NCBI GenBank assembly: GCA_047601445.1 | Contig: JASGJH010000001.1 | Coordinates: 6,304,001 to 6,368,000, forward strand | DNA: 64,000 nt | Reading direction: 5' to 3' | Source of the DNA: Myxococcales bacterium | GTDB taxonomy: Bacteria; Myxococcota_A; Polyangia; Polyangiales; DASUME01 | Shown: positions 49,901 to 59,181 of the stretch, one piece after another | How the letters are laid out: every line of letters begins with the position of its first letter | Position numbering within the stretch: position 1 is the stretch's first letter | Position numbers and translations under genes: made by a program | The notes under the pieces: generated by a model | Told to the model about the DNA's origin: nothing | Databases searched by the model: none | What the model saw: only the letters and a program-made list of their open reading frames with translations

Positions 49901-50610
49901 ACGAGCAAGAGCGCAAGCTCGAGCGCGCCCTGCGCGACGCGCGCGAGCGTGGAGACGTGTGGGGCGTCAGCTATTTCCGCAGCATCGGCGCGATGGGCAC
50001 CATGCTCGCGCAGGACCGACCCGAGGAGGCCCTGGCCGAGGTCCACGAGGGGAGCCGACACTGGGCTTCGGCGGACGAGTTCCATTTTCAGCACTGGGTC
50101 GCGTTGCTGGCGGCGGTTTACATCGATCTGTACATGGGGCGCACCAGCGCCATCGAGCGCATCGAGCAACACTGGCCCACGCTCAAGCGCATCCTCATGC
50201 TGCGCTTGCCCTTCGCGCGGATGGCCCTGCACGAGCTGCGCGGGCGTGCCAACGTGCTGGCGGCGCGTCTACTCGACCAGCCGCGTCGGCTCACGGCGGC
50301 CGAAGAGGACGCGCGCACGTTGCTGCGCACGGACGACGAGATCTCACGGGGTTTCGGATACCTCACGCAAGCCAATGTCGCGCAGCTGCGGGGCTACACG
50401 GCCCAGGCCGTCGCCTCCTTGCGGGCAGGCATCGGGCTGCTCGAGAGTCAGGGCCTCGATATGTGGGTCTTCGCGGCGCGCCTGGCGCTCGGCAGCGTTT
50501 GGAACAGTGAAGAAGGCCGCTCGATCGCGCGTGACACCGAGCGCACGCTACGCCAGCGGGGCGTGAAGAACATCGCGCGTTGGCGCGCGATGTTGATGCC
50601 GGGGTTCTGA
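46990..50610 (+). CDS. Ser/Thr protein kinase with AAA (STAND-like) ATPase and TPR-like region
   Basis: LGTGGGGVVY, VALK, HRDVKPSN, GTALYMSPEQ, SDWYALG; Walker A GQAGIGKS; WFDDYHWAD; GNPL. Confidence 0.92.
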   Translation: MSGVVEEAFKGSRRFDVLARLGTGGGGVVYRARDHQTHRVVALKLMREREDLARFRQHFESLKRLAHPNLVELYDLVEERGRVLMVMELVDGSELLAHVRSATGFDEERLRSSFRQLAQALHRLHVDRRLHRDVKPSNIRVTEEGRAVLLDLDFALPDDDESLGLADDDTMLRPAGTALYMSPEQAACGMMSAASDWYALGVVLYEALTGSLPCRGTDFEVLLAKQDGRARPPRELNAAVPVDLNDLCLELLSPAPHDRPSGPAILRRLGVNDVASSLAFGSLSRTGKPIVGRSAELARLRAAFEQSRRAPVVVRVSGQAGIGKSALCFEFLRLLAQQEPELLTLRSRCPRYPDRPHAIFAEPLLQVADALRALRGRAEPILNTDAYPVLAKAFPEAVRGFDPDRSGRIRNLPPDPHEQRFRFLEAYRELVREAADLRPLVWWFDDYHWADADSRRLLSSLLSGENAPPMLVVLSEEPSSEGTHAAEPAAREHIVLGELTRAEVTTWLDGALEGSAFKPRHIGHQLDEAPGNPLSLQERLRHLALFGALPDARMPLGQLISQRLSALTETARDLLEIVSAVHDPISLELCLRASELSRSEFVRECTFLESVGLVRRFNKAGQEFLVSVHPQFADCVDMELHGARRVEVHRRLASALLARDPSRSPGRLLRHQGESGYHTLAAQNAWLAAEQAHEALAFQRAAELFTLGASLDPAGRDEAGHRRLRRMAEALGHAGWALQAATIYREAALGANTADALHMRQRAAEHLLRGAELTEGLSAVSELLASIDVSLPATHERALWSMATRRAYLRLRGLRFRSVSEGQVSAGELRRVDVLWISGVQLSLVDVVRGGDFLTRGLSAALKTGEPQRVARALCTEAWMRGLDHDGSERSLELLETARQLCDEHPSPFLEGHLRLARGIVAFGRFRLPECSSHCRDAEQIFRERCTDVVWEITAAQVFQLVSLANTARYDEQERKLERALRDARERGDVWGVSYFRSIGAMGTMLAQDRPEEALAEVHEGSRHWASADEFHFQHWVALLAAVYIDLYMGRTSAIERIEQHWPTLKRILMLRLPFARMALHELRGRANVLAARLLDQPRRLTAAEEDARTLLRTDDEISRGFGYLTQANVAQLRGYTAQAVASLRAGIGLLESQGLDMWVFAARLALGSVWNSEEGRSIARDTERTLRQRGVKNIARWRAMLMPGF

Positions 50611-50617
50611 GTTCCAA

Positions 50618-50660
50618 CGCACGGGCGCGGCCACGTCCCCGGGCACGGGCACGTTTACGG
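50618..50660. repeat. CACGGG-type hexamer repeats at a convergent gene junction
   Basis: GCACGGGCGCGGCCACGTCCCCGGGCACGGGCACG. Confidence 0.5.
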
Positions 50661-51735
50661 GGAGGTTTTGGCCGACTTGGGAACGGTGGTGCCCGCCCCC
50701 AAGATCTTGTGCGTAAGCTTCGCGACACCGAGCGTGCCGAGCTCGGAGGGATGCACCGCCCGCAGGTTTGCCGTGCCACGTCCGCGTGCTTCGCTGAGTG
50801 CGTAGACCTCGATGTTGAGCCGGCGGTGCGTCAGCACGTGCTCCACCTGGCCGAGCTTGCGCGTACCGAGTGTGCCTTCGAGCGAGAAGCTCTGTGCGAG
50901 CGCCTGCGCGTCTTCTTTGCCGCGGCCTTCCTTGAGCGGGCAGCCCCAGAGGCCGCCGAACAGGCTGCCCTCGCTGCGGGTGAGCCACACGCGGCCTTCC
51001 GCACTGCGTGCCACGAGTCCCACCAAGCGCACGGGCTTGGGGGCCTTCTTGGGCGGCACCACCGGCAACTCGGACACGCGCTGCTCGCGTCGCGCCACGC
51101 ACTCGGCGGCCAGCGGACAACTCTCGCACAGGGCCTGCGTGGGCATGCAGACGCGGGCTCCTAGCTCCATCAGGGCCTGGTTCAGCGCACCCGGTCGCTC
51201 GCCGTGGGCGATGGCGGCCGCCTGCTCCCACAGGGCGCGCTCGGTGCGCTTGTCCCCGAGCGGCGTGTCGATGCCGAGCACCCGCGACAACACGCGCGCC
51301 ACGTTGCCGTCGACGATGGGCTCAGGCAGATCGAAGGCGATGCTACCGATGGCGCCCGCCGTGTAGCGACCGACGCCCGGTAACGCCAGACGCGCCGCGG
51401 CGTCTTCTGGAATGCGTCCACCGTGTTCCTGCGCCACGGCCTGGGCTCCCTGGTGCAACAGCCGCGCGCGGCGGTAGTAGCCGAGCCCACTCCACTGCGC
51501 GAGCACGTCGTCGAGGGGCGCATCCGAGAGCGTCTGCACGTCTGGGAAGCGGGCCAAGAAGCGCTGATAGTACGGGATGACGGTATCGACTCGCGTTTGC
51601 TGCAGCATGATCTCGCTGATCCGAGATCGCGTAGGGATCGCGCGTGCGGCGCCAGGGCAAGTCCCGCGCGTGCTGGTCGTACCAGGCGAGCAAACGGGCG
51701 CGCGCTTTGCGCCAGCGCGGAGTCGGCGCGCTCAC
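50655..51735 (-). CDS. mutY: A/G-specific adenine glycosylase, +1 frameshift near 51623
   Basis: LLAWYD..ARDLPWRRTRDPY, SEIMLQQTRV, WSGLGYYRRA, LPGVGRYTAGAI, VDGNVARV, Cys4 Fe-S motif; removing one C restores YAIWISEIM. Confidence 0.93.
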
Positions 51736-52262
51736 GGGCCTGGCCATGACACCGTGACCTGCTGAGTCGCGCTGCAATCGCAGGCGCGCACGGCGAGCGC
51801 ATAGGTGCCGGCTTGGGCCGGATGCAGCTGCTCGCCACAGCGCTCACCATCCGCCAGCCCGAGCCAACTCGGAGCCAGCAGCTCGGCACCGGGCTCCAAG
51901 GTCACACAGCGCTCTGCCGCGCAGGTCCGCTGCAGCTGCAGGGCTGGGCTCTGCATCACCTTGCCCGTGCTCCCGTCCAGTAGCGCCACCTCGCTGGCCA
52001 GACGCACCGCGCGGTCGCCGCGCGCGATCACCGAGAGCCCGATTCCGGCCGCGCTCACCTGCGCTGTGAGGGCGAGCGTTAGCGGCGGACAAGCCGCGGC
52101 AGCGGCGCCCATGTCGGCGTTGCTCGCGGGGGGGCTCGGCTGGTTCGTGTTGGGGCTCGGGGTAGGGGAGGGACGAGCGTGCTCGGGCGCCTGTCCGCTG
52201 CATCCGGCGAGCACGAGCCCGCACAGGCCGCCGCGGAAAAATCGGAGCACACCGCGGCTCAT
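51732..52262 (-). CDS. Hypothetical lipoprotein
   Basis: VLAGC lipobox, Pro linker, Cys-containing domain; ATGA/GTGA overlaps at both ends. Confidence 0.65.
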   Translation of the reverse strand: MSRGVLRFFRGGLCGLVLAGCSGQAPEHARPSPTPSPNTNQPSPPASNADMGAAAAACPPLTLALTAQVSAAGIGLSVIARGDRAVRLASEVALLDGSTGKVMQSPALQLQRTCAAERCVTLEPGAELLAPSWLGLADGERCGEQLHPAQAGTYALAVRACDCSATQQVTVSWPGP

Positions 52263-53062
52263 CCCGCGCCTCCCGTGCTCGAGGGCGGCATTTCCGGCAG
52301 AAAGCTGCGGGTCACGTGCCACACCCAAAGTCCCGCGGCCCACTCCACCGCGAGCGGCACGCTTGCCACCACCATGGCCCCGGCGCTGCTGGCCCCGAAG
52401 TAGCGCGCCTGGGCATGGCAATGCAGCACGATGAGTAGACGCGGCAAAATCTGGAACCCCACGAGCGTGAGATCCCCGAGCACTGCGGGAGCGTTCATGG
52501 GCATCGCCCACACGGAGAGCCAGAACATGCTCATGCCGAAGGGCACCAGCCACAGCCGATAGAGCGCCGTGCGGTAGGCGGCCGAAGGCGCCAGCGGCTG
52601 CATCGGTTCCTTGGCGAACGCCCGCAACAGGCTGGCGAAGGGCACGCTCCAGGTGAGCAGCGAGACCAGCGTGAGCGCGAGCCCGATGGCGCCCGCGCGC
52701 GCCAAGTCCGCGGCCAAGCTGAGTCCCTGCTTCGGCACCTGTTCGAGCGCGAAGTTCGGTTTGAATTGCAGCGTGTGCGTGAAAGGCACGATGGCCCAGA
52801 GCGGTGCCCAGGGTAGTGCGCTCAGCAGCGCGAAGCCCAGCGCTGGCGCGACGCGTGGGTTCTCCGCCACCGCGCGCGCCGTGGCCGTCGGCAAAAAGCT
52901 GGCATTCAGCGTGCTGAGGAAGCGTCGCGGCCAGGAGAGAGCAGCGTTCTCCCAGGCGATCGGTCCTTCCTCGTAGGCGGGGGCCGAGGGCTCGCGCTCG
53001 TGGTGCTCGGGCTCGCGGTACGGCACGATGGCTCTGTAACAGGCAGCGCGCGGACGCGCCAT
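52259..53062 (-). CDS. Hypothetical membrane protein (Yip1-like topology)
   Basis: PIAWE motif then about 5 hydrophobic segments; start may be ~53029. Confidence 0.65.
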   Translation of the reverse strand: MARPRAACYRAIVPYREPEHHEREPSAPAYEEGPIAWENAALSWPRRFLSTLNASFLPTATARAVAENPRVAPALGFALLSALPWAPLWAIVPFTHTLQFKPNFALEQVPKQGLSLAADLARAGAIGLALTLVSLLTWSVPFASLLRAFAKEPMQPLAPSAAYRTALYRLWLVPFGMSMFWLSVWAMPMNAPAVLGDLTLVGFQILPRLLIVLHCHAQARYFGASSAGAMVVASVPLAVEWAAGLWVWHVTRSFLPEMPPSSTGGAG

Positions 53063-53069
53063 GTTTTCA

Positions 53070-53150
53070 CGGGGAGGTCACGCGACCTCCCCGCCCGTCG
53101 CGCTCACTGCGCCGGGACCCACCCCACCGCGAGGTTCGCTGCGCTCACGG
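53070..53150 (+). repeat. REP/BIME-like element copy
   Basis: GGGGAGGTCACGCGACCTCCCC...GGGACCCACCCCACCGCGAGGTTCGCTGCGCTCACG. Confidence 0.85.
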
Positions 53151-53168
53151 TGGAGAGCTTGAAAGGCC

Positions 53169-55376
53169 TCAGTTGTAGGTGGGCAAGAACGAGTAGCGCG
53201 CCGCGTAGCGCAGCTGCTGCGCCACGAAATCCGTCGGGTACTCGATGTGCACGTCCACGATCTCGTCACCCTTCTTAACCGGCACGAGCTCCGGCTGGAT
53301 GAAGCCCGCGTAGGGGGCCACCTTGAGCGCTTGATAGCGTTCCCGCACTTGCTTGTGCAGCTCCTCATCCAGCTGCACGCCGTGGGTCTCCACCAGGTCA
53401 CGCGCCGACTCGAAGTCGCCTTCGCTCTTGATGCGCTGAATCTCCTTCAAGAGTTCCCCGAATAGCTTGCGCAGCCTCACGTAGTCCTGCACCACCACGA
53501 AGGTCTTGCCGCCGCGCTCCACACGCTCGATCACGTTGTCGGCCTTGCCCTGCTCGTAGGCCCACTTGGCGATCAGCTGGCGGTTGCGCATGTGGGCCTC
53601 CTCCAGATTCTCGCCGAGCGGCACCCGCGACATCTGTACCAACAGCCCGCCACGGATGTAGCTGTCGTAGGCTGCGCGCCCGACCTCGAGCGACGGCATC
53701 ACCTTGAGCTCCACCAACTTGGGATCGAGGATGTAGTAGAGCGCGACTAGATCCGCGCGCCCCTCCTCGAGCGTGCCCGAGTACTGCCGCAGGGTCTCCG
53801 AGACCTCGCCCACGCCCGGCGCCAGCTGTCCCGAGGCGTGCCCGATGACCTCGTGCATATCCACCATCAAGGCCTGCGCCATCGCTCCCTGGGCCTTCGC
53901 GCGGGCCACCTCGCGCGGACCCGACGCGAACTCTTCGAGCACGCCGTTGTCGCGGCTCGACGCGTCGTAGGCCGCCATGATGTTGCCCAGCGTGACGGAC
54001 TTGGAACCGTGCTTCTGGCGGATCCAGTTGGAGTTGGGCAGGTTCACACCGCTCGGCATGGGCGGTGCGGTGTCGCCCGCGGCCACCACGGCCTGGATCA
54101 CGCGCGCGCTCACCCCCACTACGTTCTTCTTCTTGTAGGCGTCCTGGATTGGGGAGTGATCCTCGAACCATTGCGCGTTGCCGCTCAGCGTCTTGATGCG
54201 CTTGGTGGCCTCGGCATCCTCGAGCTGCACGATCGACTCGTAGGTGGCGCGCAAGTCCATGGCGTCCCCGTAGGTCTCGATGAAGCCGTGAATCAAGTCG
54301 ACCTTGGAGTCCGTGTCGGCCACCCAGGCGATGCTGAAGCGGTCCCAGTCCTTGAGGTCACCGGACTTGTAGTAGGCGATCAGTTTGGCGATCGCCTCTG
54401 CCTGAGCGGGCGTCTCGGCCACACCCAACGCCAGCTCGAGCCAACGCACGCACTCGGCCAGGGCCGCCCCGTACATGCCGTCCACGCGCCACACGCGCTC
54501 CTCGAGCACGCCGTTCGGGAGCTTCACGAGCTGGGAGTTGAGGCCGTACTCCACCGGCGTGGCATCGCCCGGGCTCTTGAGGCCCTTGGTGTAGTTAACG
54601 ACCTCGTCGCGCGTGAGGTTCACGTAGAAGTGGTTGGCGCTGTCACGCACGGGATCCTTGCCAGGATCCTTGTTGACGCCCTTCTCGGCGATGTTCGGGT
54701 CGAAGATGATGGGCAGCATGCGCTGCAGGAAGGCCTCGAGGTCTTCCTTCTTGGGTTCGGCCTTGGGATTGCGCTCCTGCTCGCGCACTGGCAGCGGGCC
54801 GAGCGGCAGACGCTTGGGGTCCGAGGCCCGCACCATGGCGGCGAACTCGGTCGGCGAGATGCCCTCGGGCACGAACTTCTTGCTCGAGTAATGGTGGTGG
54901 ATGCCGCTCGAGAACCAGACGCGCTTGGCGTACGTGAGCAGGGCATTGTAGGCGGGCGTCTCGTGGTCGCCGGTGTAGCTGGTGACGATGGCCTCGAGCG
55001 TGCGGCGGATGGCCAGGTTGTGCTCGAAGTGCTGGTCGTAGGTGATCTCGCGTCCGCTCAGGGCGGCCTCGTAGAGGTAGTAGAGCAGCTGCTTCTGACG
55101 CAGCGACAGGCCCTCGAAGCTGGGCACCTGGTAACGCAAGATTCGCAGGTCTGCGAAGCTCTCGACCGTGTACTGGAAGGTCTCCGCCGGCTTGGGTTGA
55201 GTCGCGAGCGGCGCGGCCTTCTCACGTCCCGGTCGCGTCCCCTCGCGACCTTCGTCGCGCCGGGGGCAGCCCGCCAGTGTGAGCGCCAACGAGACCCCAA
55301 CCAAGACCCTGCTGCGTTTGAATGGGAGAGGCGGCAAAAGCACGCTGCATGGTATGCCCACCGTCGTCCCTGTCAA
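53169..55376 (-). CDS. Dipeptidyl-peptidase III (peptidase M49), lipoprotein
   Basis: LAGC lipobox; GIHHHYS, GFIETYGD, GVNLPN, HEVIGHASG (HEXXGH), EEGRADL, EEAHMRNR; exact start uncertain. Confidence 0.92.
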   Translation of the reverse strand: MTGTTVGIPCSVLLPPLPFKRSRVLVGVSLALTLAGCPRRDEGREGTRPGREKAAPLATQPKPAETFQYTVESFADLRILRYQVPSFEGLSLRQKQLLYYLYEAALSGREITYDQHFEHNLAIRRTLEAIVTSYTGDHETPAYNALLTYAKRVWFSSGIHHHYSSKKFVPEGISPTEFAAMVRASDPKRLPLGPLPVREQERNPKAEPKKEDLEAFLQRMLPIIFDPNIAEKGVNKDPGKDPVRDSANHFYVNLTRDEVVNYTKGLKSPGDATPVEYGLNSQLVKLPNGVLEERVWRVDGMYGAALAECVRWLELALGVAETPAQAEAIAKLIAYYKSGDLKDWDRFSIAWVADTDSKVDLIHGFIETYGDAMDLRATYESIVQLEDAEATKRIKTLSGNAQWFEDHSPIQDAYKKKNVVGVSARVIQAVVAAGDTAPPMPSGVNLPNSNWIRQKHGSKSVTLGNIMAAYDASSRDNGVLEEFASGPREVARAKAQGAMAQALMVDMHEVIGHASGQLAPGVGEVSETLRQYSGTLEEGRADLVALYYILDPKLVELKVMPSLEVGRAAYDSYIRGGLLVQMSRVPLGENLEEAHMRNRQLIAKWAYEQGKADNVIERVERGGKTFVVVQDYVRLRKLFGELLKEIQRIKSEGDFESARDLVETHGVQLDEELHKQVRERYQALKVAPYAGFIQPELVPVKKGDEIVDVHIEYPTDFVAQQLRYAARYSFLPTYN

Positions 55377-55430
55377 TGATGCTGACTTTGGCGCGACGGG
55401 CGGGAGGTGTCCTCACCTCTGGGTCGTATG

Positions 55431-55508
55431 CGTGCCCGTGCCGGTGCCCGCAAACGAGTCTGGGTCTTCGCAGTTCCGCTCGGAAGATCGCGTACGGGCA
55501 CGGGCACG
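55431..55508. repeat. Inverted hexamer repeats CGTGCCCGTGCC ... GGCACGGGCACG (hairpin)
   Basis: 12-bp perfect inverted arms downstream of the E2 gene. Confidence 0.65.
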
Positions 55509-55546
55509 CGTACGAACATCCAGAGGTCGCGTGGCGTCCCCGTGAA

Positions 55547-57079
55547 TTAGGCCAGTTCCAGCAGGAGGAGGTCCGGATTCTCCAGGTACGCGATCACGTC
55601 GTAGGCGAAGGCGGCGCCCACGTGGCCGTCGATAATGCGGTGGTCGAAGGACAACGAAAGCAGCATGATCTTGCCGACCACGATCTGCCCGTTGCGCACC
55701 ACCGGCTTCTCCTTCACTCGGTGCACACCCAGGATACCGACCTCGGGGTAGTTGAGCACCGGGGTCGCAAGCAGGCCGCCGAGCTTGCCCAGCGAGGTGA
55801 TCGTGAAGGTGGAGCCCGAGAGCTCCTGGGCCTGCAGTGTGCCCTTGCGCGCGCCCTCGGAGAGACGCTGGATCTCACGGGCGAGCTCGAGCGGGCTCCT
55901 CTTGTCGGCGTCGCGCACCACCGGCACCACCAGGCCCTGGTCGGTCGCTGTGGCGATGCCCACGTGGTAGTAGCGCTTGGTCACGAGCTCGTTCTTCGCC
56001 TCGTCGAGCGAGCTGTTGAGCACCGGGTGCTTCTTGAGCGCCAGCGTGACGGCCTTCACGATGAACGGCAGGTAGTTGAGCTTGACGCCCAGCTTCTCGG
56101 CACTCGGGCGTAGGCGTTCGAGCACGTCGACCAGCGCGTCGACCTCGACCTCTTCCACGAAGGTGAAGTGCGCGGCCTTCTGCTTGGTCATCTGCATGCG
56201 TTCAGCGATCCGCCGGCGCAGGCCCACGAAGGGCTTACGCTCCTCCAGGCCCTGGCTGTTCGACGGAAGCCCGCCGAGGGCGCGCCCGGGGAGCTTGTTG
56301 GCGGCCCCGTCCGTAAAGCTGCGCACGTCGTCCTTGGTGACGCGGCCCCCCTCACCCGAGGGCGGCACGCAGTGCAGGTCCACCCCAAGGTCGCGCGCGA
56401 GCTTGCGCGTGGCGGGCGTGGCGAGCGGCTTTTCGGCGTAAAACGCGGCGCCTTCCAGCACCGGCATGGCCGCTTCGTGATGCCCGTTGGTGCCGTTCTT
56501 GGAGGGGGTCGCGCGGCTCGTGAAGAAGCTCGCACCGGGCAAGCTCTCGCGGATGTCACCCACCGCGCTGGCGGCGGTCTCGGCGGCGCTCTCGGCCTCG
56601 ACATCACCGCGTGCGGCCACCGGGGCCACTGACTTGGCGGCCACGGGCGGAGGCGGCACGCTCTCGCGTCCGAGGTTCGGATCACTGCCACGCGGAACGG
56701 GTCGCAGGCTCGTCGGCTTGGCGGGCGCCTGGAAGCGCGAGCGCGCGGTGTCGCTCACGGGCTCGGGAAGCTTGCTGGGGCGGGACTCGCGTCGATCGCT
56801 GCCGGTCGTCAGGTCGCCGTGGTCGCTGGTGTCGATGACCACCAGCACGCTGCCCACCATCACCTTCTCGCCCACGTTGGCGTTGAGCTGGGCGATGCGT
56901 CCCGCGCGCGGCGCGCCGATGGTGACGGTGGCCTTGTCGGTCATCACCTCGACCATCTCCTGGTCTTCCGCCACGTACTGACCGGGCTCCACGTGCCAGG
57001 CCACCACTTCGCCTTCGGCCACGCCTTCCCCGATGTCGGGCAGTCTGAACGCGTACATGGTCATAGTCGGGCTAGCCAT
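55547..57079 (-). CDS. 2-oxoacid dehydrogenase E2 (dihydrolipoamide acyltransferase)
   Basis: LPDIGEG, lipoyl site MTDKA, ATPATRKLAR (E3/E1 binding), DHRIIDG. Confidence 0.95.
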   Translation of the reverse strand: MASPTMTMYAFRLPDIGEGVAEGEVVAWHVEPGQYVAEDQEMVEVMTDKATVTIGAPRAGRIAQLNANVGEKVMVGSVLVVIDTSDHGDLTTGSDRRESRPSKLPEPVSDTARSRFQAPAKPTSLRPVPRGSDPNLGRESVPPPPVAAKSVAPVAARGDVEAESAAETAASAVGDIRESLPGASFFTSRATPSKNGTNGHHEAAMPVLEGAAFYAEKPLATPATRKLARDLGVDLHCVPPSGEGGRVTKDDVRSFTDGAANKLPGRALGGLPSNSQGLEERKPFVGLRRRIAERMQMTKQKAAHFTFVEEVEVDALVDVLERLRPSAEKLGVKLNYLPFIVKAVTLALKKHPVLNSSLDEAKNELVTKRYYHVGIATATDQGLVVPVVRDADKRSPLELAREIQRLSEGARKGTLQAQELSGSTFTITSLGKLGGLLATPVLNYPEVGILGVHRVKEKPVVRNGQIVVGKIMLLSLSFDHRIIDGHVGAAFAYDVIAYLENPDLLLLELA

Positions 57080-58053
57080 TAGTAGTGAGCTGTTTCGATC
57101 AGCGCCGGCACGATGCGATGGGCCAGCGGCAGGTATTCGTTCTCGAGCGTGTAGGGGAAGGGCGTGTCCCAGCCGGTGACGCGCACGGGCGGCGCCTCCA
57201 GGCTCAGGAAGGCCTTCTCGCAGATGATCGACACCAACTCGGCGCCGAAGCCGCAGCTCTTGGCGGCCTCGTGCACGATCACCACGCGCCCCGTGCGTTT
57301 CACGCTGGAGATGATGGTCTCGGTGTCGAGTGGCCATAGCGTGCGCAGGTCGATGACCTCGGCCTGTACTCCCTTTTGGGCGGCCTCTTCGGCGGCGGCG
57401 AGCGCTTCGTAGAGCATGGAGCCCCAGGCCAGAAGCGTGACGTGCTCACCGTCGCGCACCACCTTGGCCGACGTCAGCGGCACCAGGTACTCATCGTCGG
57501 GAACCTGCATCTTGGCTGCGCGATACACGCGCTTGGGCTCGAAGAACACCACCGGATCCGGATCGCGGATGGAGCTCAAGAGCAGGCCCTTGGCGTCGTA
57601 GGGATTGCTCGGACACACCACCTTGAGGCCCGGCGTGTGGATGAACAGGGCCTCGGGCGATTGCGAGTGGTAGTGGCCACCGCGAATGCCGCCGCCGATG
57701 GGCGTGCGGATCACCATGGGCACCGTGAACTCGCCGCCCGAGCGATAGCGGTATTTGGCCGCCTCGTTCACGATTTGGTCGAACGCCGGATAGATGAAGT
57801 CCGCGAACTGGATCTCGGGCACCGGTCGCAGGCCGTTGAGGGCCATACCGATGGCGCTGCCGATGATGCCGTTCTCGGAGAGCGGAGTGTCGATGACGCG
57901 CTCTTCGCCGAACTCGTCGATGAGTCCCTGGGTCACGCGGAATACGCCGCCCACCTTGCCCACGTCCTCGCCCAAAATCACGACGCGCTCGTCCTTGCGC
58001 ATCTCGCCGCGCAGGGCGTCGTTGAGGGCCTGCACCATGGTCATCTCGGCCAT
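57079..58053 (-). CDS. 2-oxoacid dehydrogenase E1 beta subunit
   Basis: GEDVG..GGVFRVT, DTPLSE, EIQFADF, HSQSPE, IDLRTL. Confidence 0.95.
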   Translation of the reverse strand: MAEMTMVQALNDALRGEMRKDERVVILGEDVGKVGGVFRVTQGLIDEFGEERVIDTPLSENGIIGSAIGMALNGLRPVPEIQFADFIYPAFDQIVNEAAKYRYRSGGEFTVPMVIRTPIGGGIRGGHYHSQSPEALFIHTPGLKVVCPSNPYDAKGLLLSSIRDPDPVVFFEPKRVYRAAKMQVPDDEYLVPLTSAKVVRDGEHVTLLAWGSMLYEALAAAEEAAQKGVQAEVIDLRTLWPLDTETIISSVKRTGRVVIVHEAAKSCGFGAELVSIICEKAFLSLEAPPVRVTGWDTPFPYTLENEYLPLAHRIVPALIETAHY

Positions 58054-59181
58054 CAGTGACCCTTCCGCGGGCGCGGTCCCTGCGCACAGGCTTCGAACTG
58101 CTCGGTGAGATGACCCGGGCGCTCGGCGTAGACCCCGTCGAACATGGTCTCGAGGCCAGGCGCCGGCTTCTTTTCGGCGGCTTCGATGGCGCTCTTCAGC
58201 TCGGCGTCCACGCGCGCGCGGGCCCGTGCCTCGGCCTTGTCATCCCAGGAGCCCAGGACCTCGATGTGCTTTCGCAGCCGCACCAAGGGATCCACCTTGC
58301 TCCAGTGTTCGACCTCGTCGGTTTGGCGATAGGCCTTGGGATCGTCCGAGCTGGAGTGCCCGCCCAAGCGATAGGTGAGCATCTCCACCATCGTGGAGCC
58401 CTCGCCGCGAACTGCGCGCGCCAGGGCCTCGCGCACCGTGCGGAACACTGCCAACGCGTCGTTGCCGTCGCAGCGCACGCCCTTGATGCCGTACGCGATG
58501 GCCTTGCCCGCGAAGCTCGAGGACGCGGTCTGCTTCTCGCTCGGCACGCTGATGGCCCAGCGGTTGTTGCGGCACAGGAAGACGTTGGGCGTCTTGAACA
58601 CGCCGGCCATGTTGAGCGCGGCGTGGAAGTCGGAGGAACTCGTGGCGCCGTCGCCGAAGAACGCCGCGGCCACCAGGTCCTCGCGCTTGATCTTGGCGGC
58701 CCAGGCGAAGCCCACGGCCTGCGTGATCTGCGTGCCGATGGGCGAGCTCACCGAGCCGTAGTGGTACTTGCGCGCGGTGAAATGGTCGGGCATTTGGCGC
58801 CCGCTCACCACGTCGTCGGCGTTGCCGAACATGTTGTCGAGGTAGGTTTGGAGCGGGAAGCCGCGCCAGAACAGCGCGCCCATCTCGCGGTAGCAGGGGA
58901 AGATCCAGTCCTGCTCGCGCAGCGCCGCAGCCGCCGCCACGATGCAGGCCTCCTCGCCCCGGCAGCCCACGTGGAAGCCGATGCGGCCCTGGCGCTGCAA
59001 CATCAGCATGCGCTCGTCGATCAAGCGTGTGCGCAGCATCGCTTCGTAGATGCGCACCACCTGGTCGATTTTGAGCCCGGGATCCTGGGAGGGGATCCGC
59101 GCGACCATCCGGGCCGAGCACGCGCTCGACCCCCGTTAAGGAAACGTCCGAGGTTCGATTGGGCGGTACTTCGTATTGCAT
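58053..59181 (-). CDS. 2-oxoacid dehydrogenase E1 alpha subunit (branched-chain type motif), +1 frameshift near 59092
   Basis: LQRQGRIGF, GRQMPDH, GDGATS..NN ThDP motif, TYRLGGHSSSDD; removing one C joins RADP-SQDPGL. Confidence 0.92.

Noticed and set aside
46990..50610. Avs/STAND antiphage defence system
   Set aside because: Kinase-AAA-TPR proteins are a common expanded signalling family in myxobacteria, and there is no defence-island context
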